Below are positions 1 through 12,900 of a stretch of 64,000 bases of DNA, piece after piece (the stretch's first letter is position 1; the number at the start of each line of letters is the position of its first letter). This DNA is from Eledone cirrhosa. Lineage: Eukaryota. The notes beneath the pieces are model-generated. The model was not told the origin of the DNA. It did not search any database and worked only from the letters and a program-made list of their open reading frames with translations. The DNA is taken from assembly GCA_964016885.1 (NCBI GenBank), contig OZ024744.1, positions 3,100,001-3,164,000 on the forward strand, given 5' to 3'. The position numbers and the translations under genes are program-made.

Positions 1-954
1 TGGTGAATAACGAAGTTTTGGGAGAAGACAAGGTCGAGAAAGATAGCTTGGTGAAGAACGAAATTTTGAGGGAAGACAAGGTAGAGAAAGATAGCTTGGT
101 GAAGAACGACGTTTTGGTGGAAGACAAGGTAGAGAAAGATAGCTTGGTGAAGAACGATATTTTGGGGAAGACAATGTAGAGAAAGATAGCTTGGTGAAGA
201 ACGAAGTTTTGGGGGAAGACAAGGTAGAGAAAGATAGCTTGGTGAAGAACGAAGTTTTGAGGGAAGACAAGGTAGAGAAAGATAGCTTGGTGAATAACGA
301 AGTTTTGGGAGAAGACAAGGTAGAGAAAGATAGTTGGTGAAGAACGAAGTTTTGAGGGAAGACAAGGTAGAGAAAGATAGCTTGGTGAAGAACGACGTTT
401 TGAGGGAAGACAAGGTAGATAAAGATAGCTTGGTGAAGAACGACGTTTTGTGGGAAGACAAGGTAGAGAAAGATAGCTTGGTGAAGAACGAAGTTTTGGG
501 GGAAGACAAGGTAGAGAAAGATAGCTTGGTGAATAACGAAGTTTTGGGGAAGACAATGTAGAGAAAGATAGCTTGGTGAAGAACGAAGTTTTGGGGGAAG
601 ACAAGGTAGAGAAAGATAGCTTGGTGAAGCACGAAGTTTTGAGGGAAGACAGGATAGAGAAAGATAGCTTGGTGAATAACGAAGTTTTGGGAGAAGACAA
701 GGTAGAGAAAGATAGCTTGGTGAAGAACGACGTTTTGAGGGAAGACAAGGTAGAGAAAGATAGCTTGGTGAAGAACGAAGTTTTGGGGAAGACAATGTAG
801 AGAAAGATAGCTTGGTGAAGAACGAAGTTTTGGGGGAAGACAAGGTAGAGAAAGATAGCTTGGTGAAGAACGAAGATTTGAGGGAAGACAAGGTAGAGAA
901 AGATAGCTTGGTGAAGAACGAAGTTTTGGTAGAAGACAAGGTAGAGAAAGATAG

Positions 955-3900
955 TTGGTGAAGAACGAAGTTTTGAAGGAAGACAAGGCAGAGAAAGATA
1001 GCTTGGTGAAGAACGAAGTTTTGAGGGAAGACAAGGTAGAGAAAGATAGCTTGGTGAAGAACGACGTTTTGTGGGAAGACAAGGTAGAGAAACATAGCTT
1101 GGTGAAGAACGAAGTTTTGGGGGAAGACAAGGTAGAGAAAGATAGCTTGGTGAAGAACGAAGTTTTGGGGGAAGACAAGGTAGAGAAAGATAGCTTGGTG
1201 AAGAACGAAGTTTTGAGGGAAGACAAGGTAGAGAAAGATAGCTTGGTGAATAACGAAGTTTTGGGAGAAGACAAGGTGGAGAAAGATAGCTTGGTGAAGA
1301 ACGAAGTTTTGAGGGAAGACAAAGTAGAGAAAGATAGCTTGGTGAAGAACGACGTTTTGTGTGAAGACAAGGTAGAGAAAGATAGCTTGGTGAAGAACGA
1401 AGTTTTGGGGGAAGACAAGGTAGAGAAAGATAGCTTGGTGAAGAACGAAGTTTTGAGGGGCGACAAAGTAGAGAAGGATAGCTTGGTGAAGAACGAAGTT
1501 TTGGGGGAAGACAAGGTAGAGAAAGATAGCTTGATGAAGAAAGAAGTTTTGGGGGAAGACAAGGTAGAGAAAGATAGCTTGGTGAAGAACGAAGTTTTGA
1601 GGGAAGACAAGGTAGAGAAAGATAGCTTGGTGAAGAACGAAGTTTTGGGGGAAGACAAGGTAGAGAAAGATAGCTTGGTGAATAACAAAGTTTTGGGAGA
1701 AGACAAGGTCGAGAAAGATAGCTTGGTGAAGAACGAAGTTTTGAGGGTAGACAAGGTAGAGAAAGATAGCTTGGTGAAGAACGACGTTTTGAGGGAAGAC
1801 AAGATAGAGAAAGATAGCTTGGTGAAGAACGACGTTTTGTGGGAAGACAAGGTAGAGAAAGATAGCTTGGTGAAGAACGAAGTTTTGTGGGAAGACAAGG
1901 TAGAGAAAGATAGCTTGGTGAAGAACGAAGTTTTGGGGGAAGACAAGGTAGAAAAAGATAGCTTGGTGAAGAACGAAGTTTTGGGGGAAGACAAGGTAGA
2001 GAAAGATAGCTTGGTGAAGAACGAAGTTTTGAGGGAAGACAAGGTAGAGAAAGATAGCTTGGTGAAGAACGAAGTTTTGGGGGAAGACAAGGTAGATAAA
2101 GATAGCTTGGTGAAGAACGAAGTTTTGAGGGAAGACAAGGTAGAGAAAGATAGCTTGGTGAAGAACGAAGTTTTGGGGGAAGACAATGTAGAGAAAGATA
2201 GCTTGGTGAAGAACGAAGTTTTGAGGGACGACAACGTAGAGAAAGATAGCTTGGTGTAGAACGACGTTTTGAGGGAAGACAAGGTAGAGAAAGATAGCTT
2301 GGTGAAGAACGACGTTTTGTGGGAAGAAAAGGTAGAGAAAGATAGCTTGGTGAAGAACGAAGTTTTGGGGGAAGACAAGGTAGAGAAAGATAGCTTGGTG
2401 AAGAACGAAGTATTGAGGGAAGACTAGGTAGAGAAAGATAGCTTGGTGAAGAACGAAGTATTGAGGGAAGACAAGGTAGAGAGAGATAGCTTGGTGAAGA
2501 ACGAAGTTTTGAGGGAAGACAAGGTAGAGAAAGATAGCTTGGTGAAGAACGACGTTTTGAGGGAAGACAAGGTAGAGAAAGATAGCTTGGTGAAGAACGA
2601 AGTTTTGAGGGAAGACATGGTAGAGAAAGATAGCTTGGTGAAGAACGAAGTTTTGAGGGAAGACAAGGTAGAGAAAGATAGTTGGTGAAGAACGAAGTTT
2701 TGAGGGAAGACAAGGTAGAGAAAGATAGCTTGGTGAAGAACGAGGTTTTGAGGGAAGACAAGGTAGAGAAAGATAGCTTGGTGAAGAACGAAGTTTTGGG
2801 GGAAGACAAGGTAGAGAAAGATAGCTTGGTGAAGAACGAAGCTTTGAGGGAATACAAGGTAGAGAAAGATAGCTTGGTGAAGAACGAAGTTTTGAGGGAA
2901 GACAAGGTAGAGAAAGATAGCTTGGTGAAGAACGAAGTTTTGGGGGAAGACAAGGTAGAGAAAGATAGCTTGGTGAAGAACGAAGTTTTGAGGGAAGACA
3001 AGGTAGAGAAAGATAGCTTGGTGAAGAACGAAGTTTTGGGGGAAGACAATGTAGAGAAAGATATCTTGGTGAAGAACGAAGTTTTGAGGGGCGACAAAGT
3101 AGAGAAAGATAGCTTGGTGAAGAACGAAGTTTTGGGGGAAGACAAGGTAGAGAAAGATAGCTTGATGAAGAAAGAAGTTTTGGGGGAAGACAAGGTAGAG
3201 AAAGATAGCTTGGTGAAGAACGAAGTTTTGAGGGAAGACAAGGTAGAGAAAGATAGCTTGGTGAAGAACGAAGTTTTGGGGGAAGACAAGGTAGAGAAAG
3301 ATAGCTTGGTGAAGAACGAAGTTTTGGGGGAAGACAAGGTAGAGAAATATAGCTTGGTGAAGAACGAAGTTTTGTGGGAATACAAGGTAGAGAAAGATAG
3401 CTTGTTGAAGAACGACGTTTTGAGGGAAGACAAGGTAGAGAAAGATAGCTTGGTGAAGAACGAAGTTTTGGGGGAAGACAAGGTAGAGAAAGATAGCTTG
3501 GTGAAGAACGAAGTTTTGAGGGAAGACAAGGTAGAGAAAGATAGCTTGGTGAAGAACGAAGTTTTGGGGGAAGACAAGGTAGAGAAAGATAGCTTGGTGA
3601 AGAACGAAGTTTTGGGGGAAGACAAGGTAGAGAACGATAGCTTGGTGAAGAACGAAGTTTTGAGGGAAGACAAGGTAGAGAAAGATAGCTTGGTGAAGAA
3701 CGATGTTTTGGGGGAAGACAAGGTAGAAAAAGATAGCTTGGTGAAGAACAACGTTTTGGGGGAAGACAATGTAGAGAAAGATAGCTTGGTGAATAACGAA
3801 GTTTTGGGAGAAGACAAGGTCGAGAAAGATAGCTTGGTGAAGAACGAAATGTTGAGGGAAGACAAGGTAGAGAAAGATAGCTTGGTGAAGAACGACGTTT

Positions 3901-6900
3901 TGGTGGAAGACAAGGTAGAGAAAGATAGCTTGGTGAAGAACGATATTTTGGGGAAGACAATGTAGAGAAACATAGCTTGGTGAAGAACGAAGTTTTGGGG
4001 GAAGACAAGGTAGAGAAAGATAGTTTGGTGAAGAACGAAGTTTTGAGGGAAGACAAGGTAGAGAAAGATAGCTTGGTGAATAACGAAGTTTTGGGAGAAG
4101 ACAAGGTAGAGAAAGATAGTTGGTGAAGAACGAAGTTTTGAGGGAAGACAAGGTAGAGAAAGATAGCTTGGTGAAGAACGACGTTTTGAGGGAAGACAAG
4201 GTAGATAAAGATAGCTTGGTGAAGAACGACGTTTTGTGGGAAGACAAGGTAGAGAAAGATAGCTTGGTGAAGAACGAAGTTTTGGGGGAAGACAAGGTAG
4301 AGAAAGATAGCTTGGTGAATAACGAAGTTTTGGGGAAGACAATGTAGAGAAAGATAGCTTGGTGAAGAACGAAGTTTTGGGGGAAGACAAGGTAGAGAAA
4401 GATAGCTTGGTGAAGAACGAAGTTTTGAGGGAAGACAGGATAGAGAAAGATAGCTTGGTGAATAACGAAGTTTTGGGAGAAGACAAGGTAGAGAAAGATA
4501 GCTTGGTGAAGAACGACGTTTTGAGGGAAGACAAGGTAGAGAAAGATAGCTTGGTGAAGAACGAAGTTTTGGGGAAGACAATGTAGAGAAAGATAGCTTG
4601 GTGAAGAACGAAGTTTTGGGGGAAGACAAGGTAGAGAAAGATAGCTTGGTGAAGAACGAAGTTTTGGGAGAAGACAAGGTAGAGAAAGATAGTTGGTGAA
4701 GAACGAAGTTTTGAAGGAAGACAAGGCAGAGAAAGATAGCTTGGTGAAGAACGAAGTTTTGAGGGAAGACAAGGTAGAGAAAGATAGCTTGGTGAAGAAC
4801 GACGTTTTGTGGGAAGACAAGGTAGAGAAACATAGCTTGGTGAAGAACGAAGTTTTGGGGGAAGACAAGGTAGAGAAAGATAGCTTGGTGAAGAACGAAG
4901 TTTTGGGGGAAGACAAGGTAGAGAAAGATAGCTTGGTGAAGAACGAAGTTTTGAGGGAAGACAAGGTAGAGAAAGATAGGTTGGTGAATAACGAAGTTTT
5001 GGGAGAAGACAAGGTGGAGAAAGATAGCTTGGTGAAGAACGAAGTTTTGACGGAAGACAAAGTAGAGAAAGATAGCTTGGTGAAGAACGACGTTTTGTGG
5101 GAAGACAAGGTAGAGAAAGATAGCTTGGTGAAGAACGAAGTTTTGGGGGAAGACAAGGTAGAGAAAGATAGCTTGGTGAAGAACGAAGTTTTGAGGGGCG
5201 ACAAAGTAGAGAAAGATAGCTTGGTGAAGAACGAAGTTTTGGGGGAAGACAAGGTAGAGAAAGATAGCTTGATGAAGAAAGAAGTTTTGGGGGAAGACAA
5301 GGTAGAGAAAGATAGTTGGTGAAGAACGAAGTTTTGAAGGAAGACAAGGCAGAGAAAGATAGCTTGGTGAAGAACGAAGTTTTGAGGGAAGACAAGGTAG
5401 AGAAAGATAGCTTGGTGAAGAACGACGTTTTGTGGGAAGACAAGGTAGAGAAACATAGCTTGGTGAAGAACGAAGTTTTGGGGGAAGACAAGGTAGAGAA
5501 AGATAGCTTGGTGAAGAACGAAGTTTTGGGGGAAGACAAGGTAGAGAAAGATAGCTTGGTGAAGAACGAAGTTTTGAGGGAAGACAAGGTAGAGAAAGAT
5601 AGCTTGGTGAATAACGAAGTTTTGGGAGAAGACAAGGTGGAGAAAGATAGCTTGGTGAAGAACGAAGTTTTGAGGGAAGACAAAGTAGAGAAAGATAGCT
5701 TGGTGAAGAACGACGTTTTGTGGGAAGACAAGGTAGAGAAAGATAGCTTGGTGAAGAACGAAGTTTTGGGGGAAGACAAGGTAGAGAAAGATAGCTTGGT
5801 GAAGAACGAAGTTTTGAGGGGCGACAAAGTAGAGAAGGATAGCTTGGTGAAGAACGAAGTTTTGGGGGAAGACAAGGTAGAGAAAGATAGCTTGATGAAG
5901 AAAGAAGTTTTGGGGGAACACAAGGTAGAGAAAGATAGCTTGGTGAAGAACGAAGTTTTGAGGGAAGACAAGGTAGAGAAAGATAGCTTGGTGAAGAACG
6001 AAGTTTTGGGGGAAGACAAGGTAGAGAAAGATAGCTTGGTGAATAACAAAGTTTTGGGAGAAGACAAGGTCGAGAAAGATAGCTTGGTGAAGAACGAAGT
6101 TTTGAGGGTAGACAAGGTAGAGAAAGATAGCTTGGTGAAGAACGACGTTTTGAGGGAAGACAAGATAGAGAAAGATAGCTTGGTGAAGAACGACGTTTTG
6201 TGGGAAGACAAGGTAGAGAAAGATAGCTTGGTGAAGAACGAAGTTTTGTGGGAAGACAAGGTAGAGAAAGATAGCTTGGTGAAGAACGAAGTTTTGGGGG
6301 AAGACAAGGTAGAAAAAGATAGCTTGGTGAAGAACGAAGTTTTGGGGGAAGACAAGGTAGAGAAAGATAGCTTGGTGAAGAACGAAGTTTTGAGGGAAGA
6401 CAAGGTAGAGAAAGATAGCTTGGTGAAGAACGAAGTTTTGGGGGAAGACAAGGTAGAGAAAGATAGCTTGGTGAAGAACGAAGTTTTGAGGGAAGACAAG
6501 GTAGAGAAAGATAGCTTGGTGAAGAACGAAGTTTTGGGGGAAGACAATGTAGAGAAAGATAGCTTGGTGAAGAACGAAGTTTTGAGGGACGACAACGTAG
6601 AGAAAGATAGCTTGGTGTAGAACGACGTTTTGAGGGAAGACAAGGTAGAGAAAGATAGCTTGGTGAAGAACGACGTTTTGTGGGAAGAAAAGGTAGAGAA
6701 AGATAGCTTGGTGAAGAACGAAGTTTTGGGGGAAGACAAGGTAGAGAAAGATAGCTTGGTGAAGAACGAAGTATTGAGGGAAGACTAGGTAGAGAAAGAT
6801 AGCTTGGTGAAGAACGAAGTATTGAGGGAAGACAAGGTAGAGAGAGATAGCTTGGTGAAGAACGAAGTTTTGAGGGAAGACAAGGTAGAGAAAGATAGCT

Positions 6901-9900
6901 TGGTGAAGAACGACGTTTTGAGGGAAGACAAGGTAGAGAAAGATAGCTTGGTGAAGAACGAAGTTTTGAGGGAAGACATGGTAGAGAAAGATAGCTTGGT
7001 GAAGAACGAAGTTTTGAGGGAAGACAAGGTAGAGAAAGATAGTTGGTGAAGAACGAAGTTTTGAGGGAAGACAAGGTAGAGAAAGATAGCTTGGTGAAGA
7101 ACGAGGTTTTGAGGAAGACAAGGTAGAGAAAGATAGCTTGGTGAAGAACGAAGTTTTGGGGGAAGACAAGGTAGAGAAAGATAGCTTGGTGAAGAACGAA
7201 GCTTTGAGGGAATACAAGGTAGAGAAAGATAGCTTGGTGAAGAACGAAGTTTTGAGGGAAGACAAGGTAGAGAAAGATAGCTTGGTGAAGAACGAAGTTT
7301 TGGGGGAAGACAAGGTAGAGAAAGATAGCTTGGTGAAGAACGAAGTTTTGAGGGAAGACAAGGTAGAGAAAGATATCTTGGTGAAGAACGAAGTTTTGAG
7401 GGGCGACAAAGTAGAGAAAGATAGCTTGGTGAAGAAGGAAGTTTTGGGGGAAGACAAGGTAGAGAAAGATAGCTTGATGAAGAAAGAAGTTTTGGGGGAA
7501 GACAAGGTAGAGAAAGATAGCTTGGTGAAGAACGAAGTTTTGAGGGAAGACAAGGTAGAGAAAGATAGCTTGGTGAAGAACGAAGTTTTGGGGGAAGACA
7601 AGGTAGAGAAAGATAGCTTGGTGAAGAACGAAGTTTTGGGGGAAGACAAGGTAGAGAAATATAGCTTGGTGAAGAACGAAGTTTTGTGGGAATACAAGGT
7701 AGAGAAAGATAGCTTGTTGAAGAACGACGTTTTGAGGGAAGACAAGGTAGAGAAAGATAGCTTGGTGAAGAACGAAGTTTTGGGGGAAGACAAGGTAGAG
7801 AAAGATAGCTTGGTGAAGAACGAAGTTTTGAGGGAAGACAAGGTAGAGAAAGATAGCTTGGTGAAGAACGAAGTTTTGGGGGAAGACAAGGTAGAGAAAG
7901 ATAGCTTGGTGAAGAACGAAGTTTTGGGGGAAGACAAGGTAGAGAACGATAGCTTGGTGAAGAACGAAGTTTTGAGGGAAGACAAGGTAGAGAAAGATAG
8001 CTTGGTGAAGAACGATGTTTTGGGGGAAGACAAGGTAGAAAAAGATAGCTTGGTGAAGAACAACGTTTTGGGGGAAGACAATGTAGAGAAAGATAGCTTG
8101 GTGAATAACGAAGTTTTGGGAGAAGACAAGGTCGAGAAAGATAGCTTGGTGAAGAACGAAATGTTGAGGGAAGACAAGGTAGAGAAAGATAGCTTGGTGA
8201 AGAACGACGTTTTGGTGGAAGACAAGGTAGAGAAAGATAGCTTGGTGAAGAACGATATTTTGGGGAAGACAATGTAGAGAAAGATAGCTTGGTGAAGAAC
8301 GAAGTTTTGGGGGAAGACAAGGTAGAGAAAGATAGTTTGGTGAAGAACGAAGTTTTGAGGGAAGACAAGGTAGAGAAAGATAGCTTGGTGAATAACGAAG
8401 TTTTGGGAGAAGACAAGGTAGAGAAAGATAGTTGGTGAAGAACGAAGTTTTGAGGGAAGACAAGGTAGAGAAAGATAGCTTGGTGAAGAACGACGTTTTG
8501 AGGGAAGACAAGGTAGATAAAGATAGCTTGGTGAAGAACGACGTTTTGTGGGAAGACAAGGTAGAGAAAGATAGCTTGGTGAAGAACGAAGTTTTGGGGG
8601 AAGACAAGGTAGAGAAAGATAGCTTGGTGAATAACGAAGTTTTGGGGAAGACAATGTAGAGAAAGATAGCTTGGTGAAGAACGAAGTTTTGGGGGAAGAC
8701 AAGGTAGAGAAAGATAGCTTGGTGAAGAACGAAGTTTTGAGGGAAGACAGGATAGAGAAAGATAGCTTGGTGAATAACGAAGTTTTGGGAGAAGACAAGG
8801 TAGAGAAAGATAGCTTGGTGAAGAACGACGTTTTGAGGGAAGACAAGGTAGAGAAAGATAGCTTGGTGAAGAACGAAGTTTTGGGGAAGACAATGTAGAG
8901 AAAGATAGCTTGGTGAAGAACGAAGTTTTGGGGGAAGACAAGGTAGAGAAAGATAGCTTGGTGAAGAACGAAGTTTTGGGAGAAGACAAGGTAGAGAAAG
9001 ATAGTTGGTGAAGAACGAAGTTTTGAAGGAAGACAAGGCAGAGAAAGATAGCTTGGTGAAGAACGAAGTTTTGAGGGAAGACAAGGTAGAGAAAGATAGC
9101 TTGGTGAAGAACGACGTTTTGTGGGAAGACAAGGTAGAGAAACATAGCTTGGTGAAGAACGAAGTTTTGGGGGAAGACAAGGTAGAGAAAGATAGCTTGG
9201 TGAAGAACGAAGTTTTGGGGGAAGACAAGGTAGAGAAAGATAGCTTGGTGAAGAACGAAGTTTTGAGGGAAGACAAGGTAGAGAAAGATAGGTTGGTGAA
9301 TAACGAAGTTTTGGGAGAAGACAAGGTGGAGAAAGATAGCTTGGTGAAGAACGAAGTTTTGACGGAAGACAAAGTAGAGAAAGATAGCTTGGTGAAGAAC
9401 GACGTTTTGTGGGAAGACAAGGTAGAGAAAGATAGCTTGGTGAAGAACGAAGTTTTGGGGGAAGACAAGGTAGAGAAAGATAGCTTGGTGAAGAACGAAG
9501 TTTTGAGGGGCGACAAAGTAGAGAAAGATAGCTTGGTGAAGAACGAAGTTTTGGGGGAAGACAAGGTAGAGAAAGATAGCTTGATGAAGAAAGAAGTTTT
9601 GGGGGAAGACAAGGTAGAGAAAGATAGCTTGGTGAAGAACGAACTTTTGAGGGAAGACAAGGTAGAGAAAGATAGCTTGGTGAAGAACGAAGTTTTGGGG
9701 GAAGACAAGGTAGAGAAAGATAGCTTGGTGAAGAACGAAGTTTTGAGGGGCGACAAAGTAGAGAAGGATAGCTTGGTGAAGAACGAAGTTTTGGGGGAAG
9801 ACAAGGTAGAGAAAGATAGCTTGATGAAGAAAGAAGTTTTGGGGGAACACAAGGTAGAGAAAGATAGCTTGGTGAAGAACGAAGTTTTGAGGGAAGACAA

Positions 9901-12900
9901 GGTAGAGAAAGATAGCTTGGTGAAGAACGAAGTTTTGGGGGAAGACAAGGTAGAGAAAGATAGCTTGGTGAATAACAAAGTTTTGGGAGAAGACAAGGTC
10001 GAGAAAGATAGCTTGGTGAAGAACGAAGTTTTGAGGGTAGCCAAGGTAGAGAAAGATAGCTTGGTGAAGAACGACGTTTTGAGGGAAGACAAGATAGAGA
10101 AAGATAGCTTGGTGAAGAACGACGTTTTGTGGGAAGACAAGGTAGAGAAAGATAGCTTGGTGAAGAACGAAGTTTTGTGGGAAGACAAGGTAGAGAAAGA
10201 TAGCTTGGTGAAGAACGAAGTTTTGGGGGAAGACAAGGTAGAAAAAGATAGCTTGGTGAAGAACGAAGTTTTGGGGGAAGACAAGGTAGAGAAAGATAGC
10301 TTGGTGAAGAACGAAGTTTTGAGGGAAGACAAGGTAGAGAAAGATAGCTTGGTGAAGAACGAAGTTTTGGGGGAAGACAAGGTAGAGAAAGATAGCTTGG
10401 TGAAGAACGAAGTTTTGACGGAAGACAAGGTAGAGAAAGATAGCTTGGTGAAGAACGAAGTTTTGGGGGAAGACAATGTAGAGAAAGATAGCTTGGTGAA
10501 GAACGAAGTGTTGAGGGACGACAACGTAGAGAAAGATAGCTTGGTGTAGAACGACGTTTTGAGGGAAGACAAGGTAGAGAAAGATAGCTTGGTGAAGAAC
10601 GACGTTTTGTGGGAAGAAAAGGTAGAGAAAGATAGCTTGGTGAAGAACGAAGTTTTGGGGGAAGACAAGGTAGAGAAAGATAGCTTGGTGAAGAAGGAAG
10701 TATTGAGGGAAGACTAGGTAGAGAAAGATAGCTTGGTGAAGAACGAAGTATTGAGGGAAGACAAGGTAGAGAGAGATAGCTTGGTGAAGAACGAAGTTTT
10801 GAGGGAAGACAAGGTAGAGAAAGATAGCTTGGTGAAGAACGACGTTTTGAGGGAAGACAAGGTAGAGAAAGATAGCTTGGTGAAGAACGAAGTTTTGAGG
10901 GAAGACATGGTAGAGAAAGATAGCTTGGTGAAGAACGAAGTTTTGAGGGAAGACAAGGTAGAGAAAGATAGTTGGTGAAGAACGAAGTTTTGAGGGAAGA
11001 CAAGGTAGAGAAAGATAGCTTGGTGAAGAACGAAGTTTTGAAGGAAGACAAGGCAGAGAAAGATAGCTTGGTGAAGAACGAAGTTTTGAGGGAAGACAAG
11101 GTAGAGAAAGATAGCTTGGTGAAGAACGACGTTTTGTGGGAAGACAAGGTAGAGAAACATAGCTTGGTGAAGAACGAAGTTTTGGGGGAAGACAAGGTAG
11201 AGAAAGATAGCTTGGTGAAGAACGAAGTTTTGGGGGAAGACAAGGTAGAGAAAGATAGCTTGGTGAAGAACGAAGTTTTGAGGGAAGACAAGGTAGAGAA
11301 AGATAGGTTGGTGAATAACGAAGTTTTGGGAGAAGACAAGGTGGAGAAAGATAGCTTGGTGAAGAACGAAGTTTTGACGGAAGACAAAGTAGAGAAAGAT
11401 AGCTTGGTGAAGAACGACGTTTTGTGGGAAGACAAGGTAGAGAAAGATAGCTTGGTGAAGAACGAAGTTTTGGGGGAAGACAAGGTAGAGAAAGATAGCT
11501 TGGTGAAGAACGAAGTTTTGAGGGGCGACAAAGTAGAGAAAGATAGCTTGGTGAAGAACGAAGTTTTGGGGGAAGACAAGGTAGAGAAAGATAGCTTGAT
11601 GAAGAAAGAAGTTTTGGGGGAAGACAAGGTAGAGAAAGATAGCTTGGTGAAGAACGAAGTTTTGAGGGAAGACAAGGTAGAGAAAGATAGCTTGGTGAAG
11701 AACGAAGTTTTGGGGGAAGACAAGGTAGAGAAAGATAGCTTGGTGAAGAACGAAGTTTTGAGGGGCGACAAAGTAGAGAAGGATAGCTTGGTGAAGAACG
11801 AAGTTTTGGGGGAAGACAAGGTAGAGAAAGATAGCTTGATGAAGAAAGAAGTTTTGGGGGAACACAAGGTAGAGAAAGATAGCTTGGTGAAGAACGAAGT
11901 TTTGAGGGAAGACAAGGTAGAGAAAGATAGCTTGGTGAAGAACGAAGTTTTGGGGGAAGACAAGGTAGAGAAAGATAGCTTGGTGAATAACAAAGTTTTG
12001 GGAGAAGACAAGGTCGAGAAAGATAGCTTGGTGAAGAACGAAGTTTTGAGGGTAGACAAGGTAGAGAAAGATAGCTTGGTGAAGAACGACGTTTTGAGGG
12101 AAGACAAGATAGAGAAAGATAGCTTGGTGAAGAACGACGTTTTGTGGGAAGACAAGGTAGAGAAAGATAGCTTGGTGAAGAACGAAGTTTTGTGGGAAGA
12201 CAAGGTAGAGAAAGATAGCTTGGTGAAGAACGAAGTTTTGGGGGAAGACAAGGTAGAAAAAGATAGCTTGGTGAAGAACGAAGTTTTGGGGGAAGACAAG
12301 GTAGAGAAAGATAGCTTGGTGAAGAACGAAGTTTTGAGGGAAGACAAGGTAGAGAAAGATAGCTTGGTGAAGAACGAAGTTTTGGGGGAAGACAAGGTAG
12401 AGAAAGATAGCTTGGTGAAGAACGAAGTTTTGAGGGAAGACAAGGTAGAGAAAGATAGCTTGGTGAAGAACGAAGTTTTGGGGGAAGACAATGTAGAGAA
12501 AGATAGCTTGGTGAAGAACGAAGTTTTGAGGGACGACAACGTAGAGAAAGATAGCTTGGTGTAGAACGACGTTTTGAGGGAAGACAAGGTAGAGAAAGAT
12601 AGCTTGGTGAAGAACGACGTTTTGTGGGAAGAAAAGGTAGAGAAAGATAGCTTGGTGAAGAACGAAGTTTTGGGGGAAGACAAGGTAGAGAAAGATAGCT
12701 TGGTGAAGAACGAAGTATTGAGGGAAGACTAGGTAGAGAAAGATAGCTTGGTGAAGAACGAAGTATTGAGGGAAGACAAGGTAGAGAGAGATAGCTTGGT
12801 GAAGAACGAAGTTTTGAGGGAAGACAAGGTAGAGAAAGATAGCTTGGTGAAGAACGACGTTTTGAGGGAAGACAAGGTAGAGAAAGATAGCTTGGTGAAG

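Noticed and set aside
206-215. TTTTGGGG as hypotrich ciliate telomere repeat, or canonical G-quadruplex
   Set aside because: It occurs once per monomer and only in G-variant units, never in tandem. G-runs of three or more are over 40 nt apart, too far for a canonical G4.
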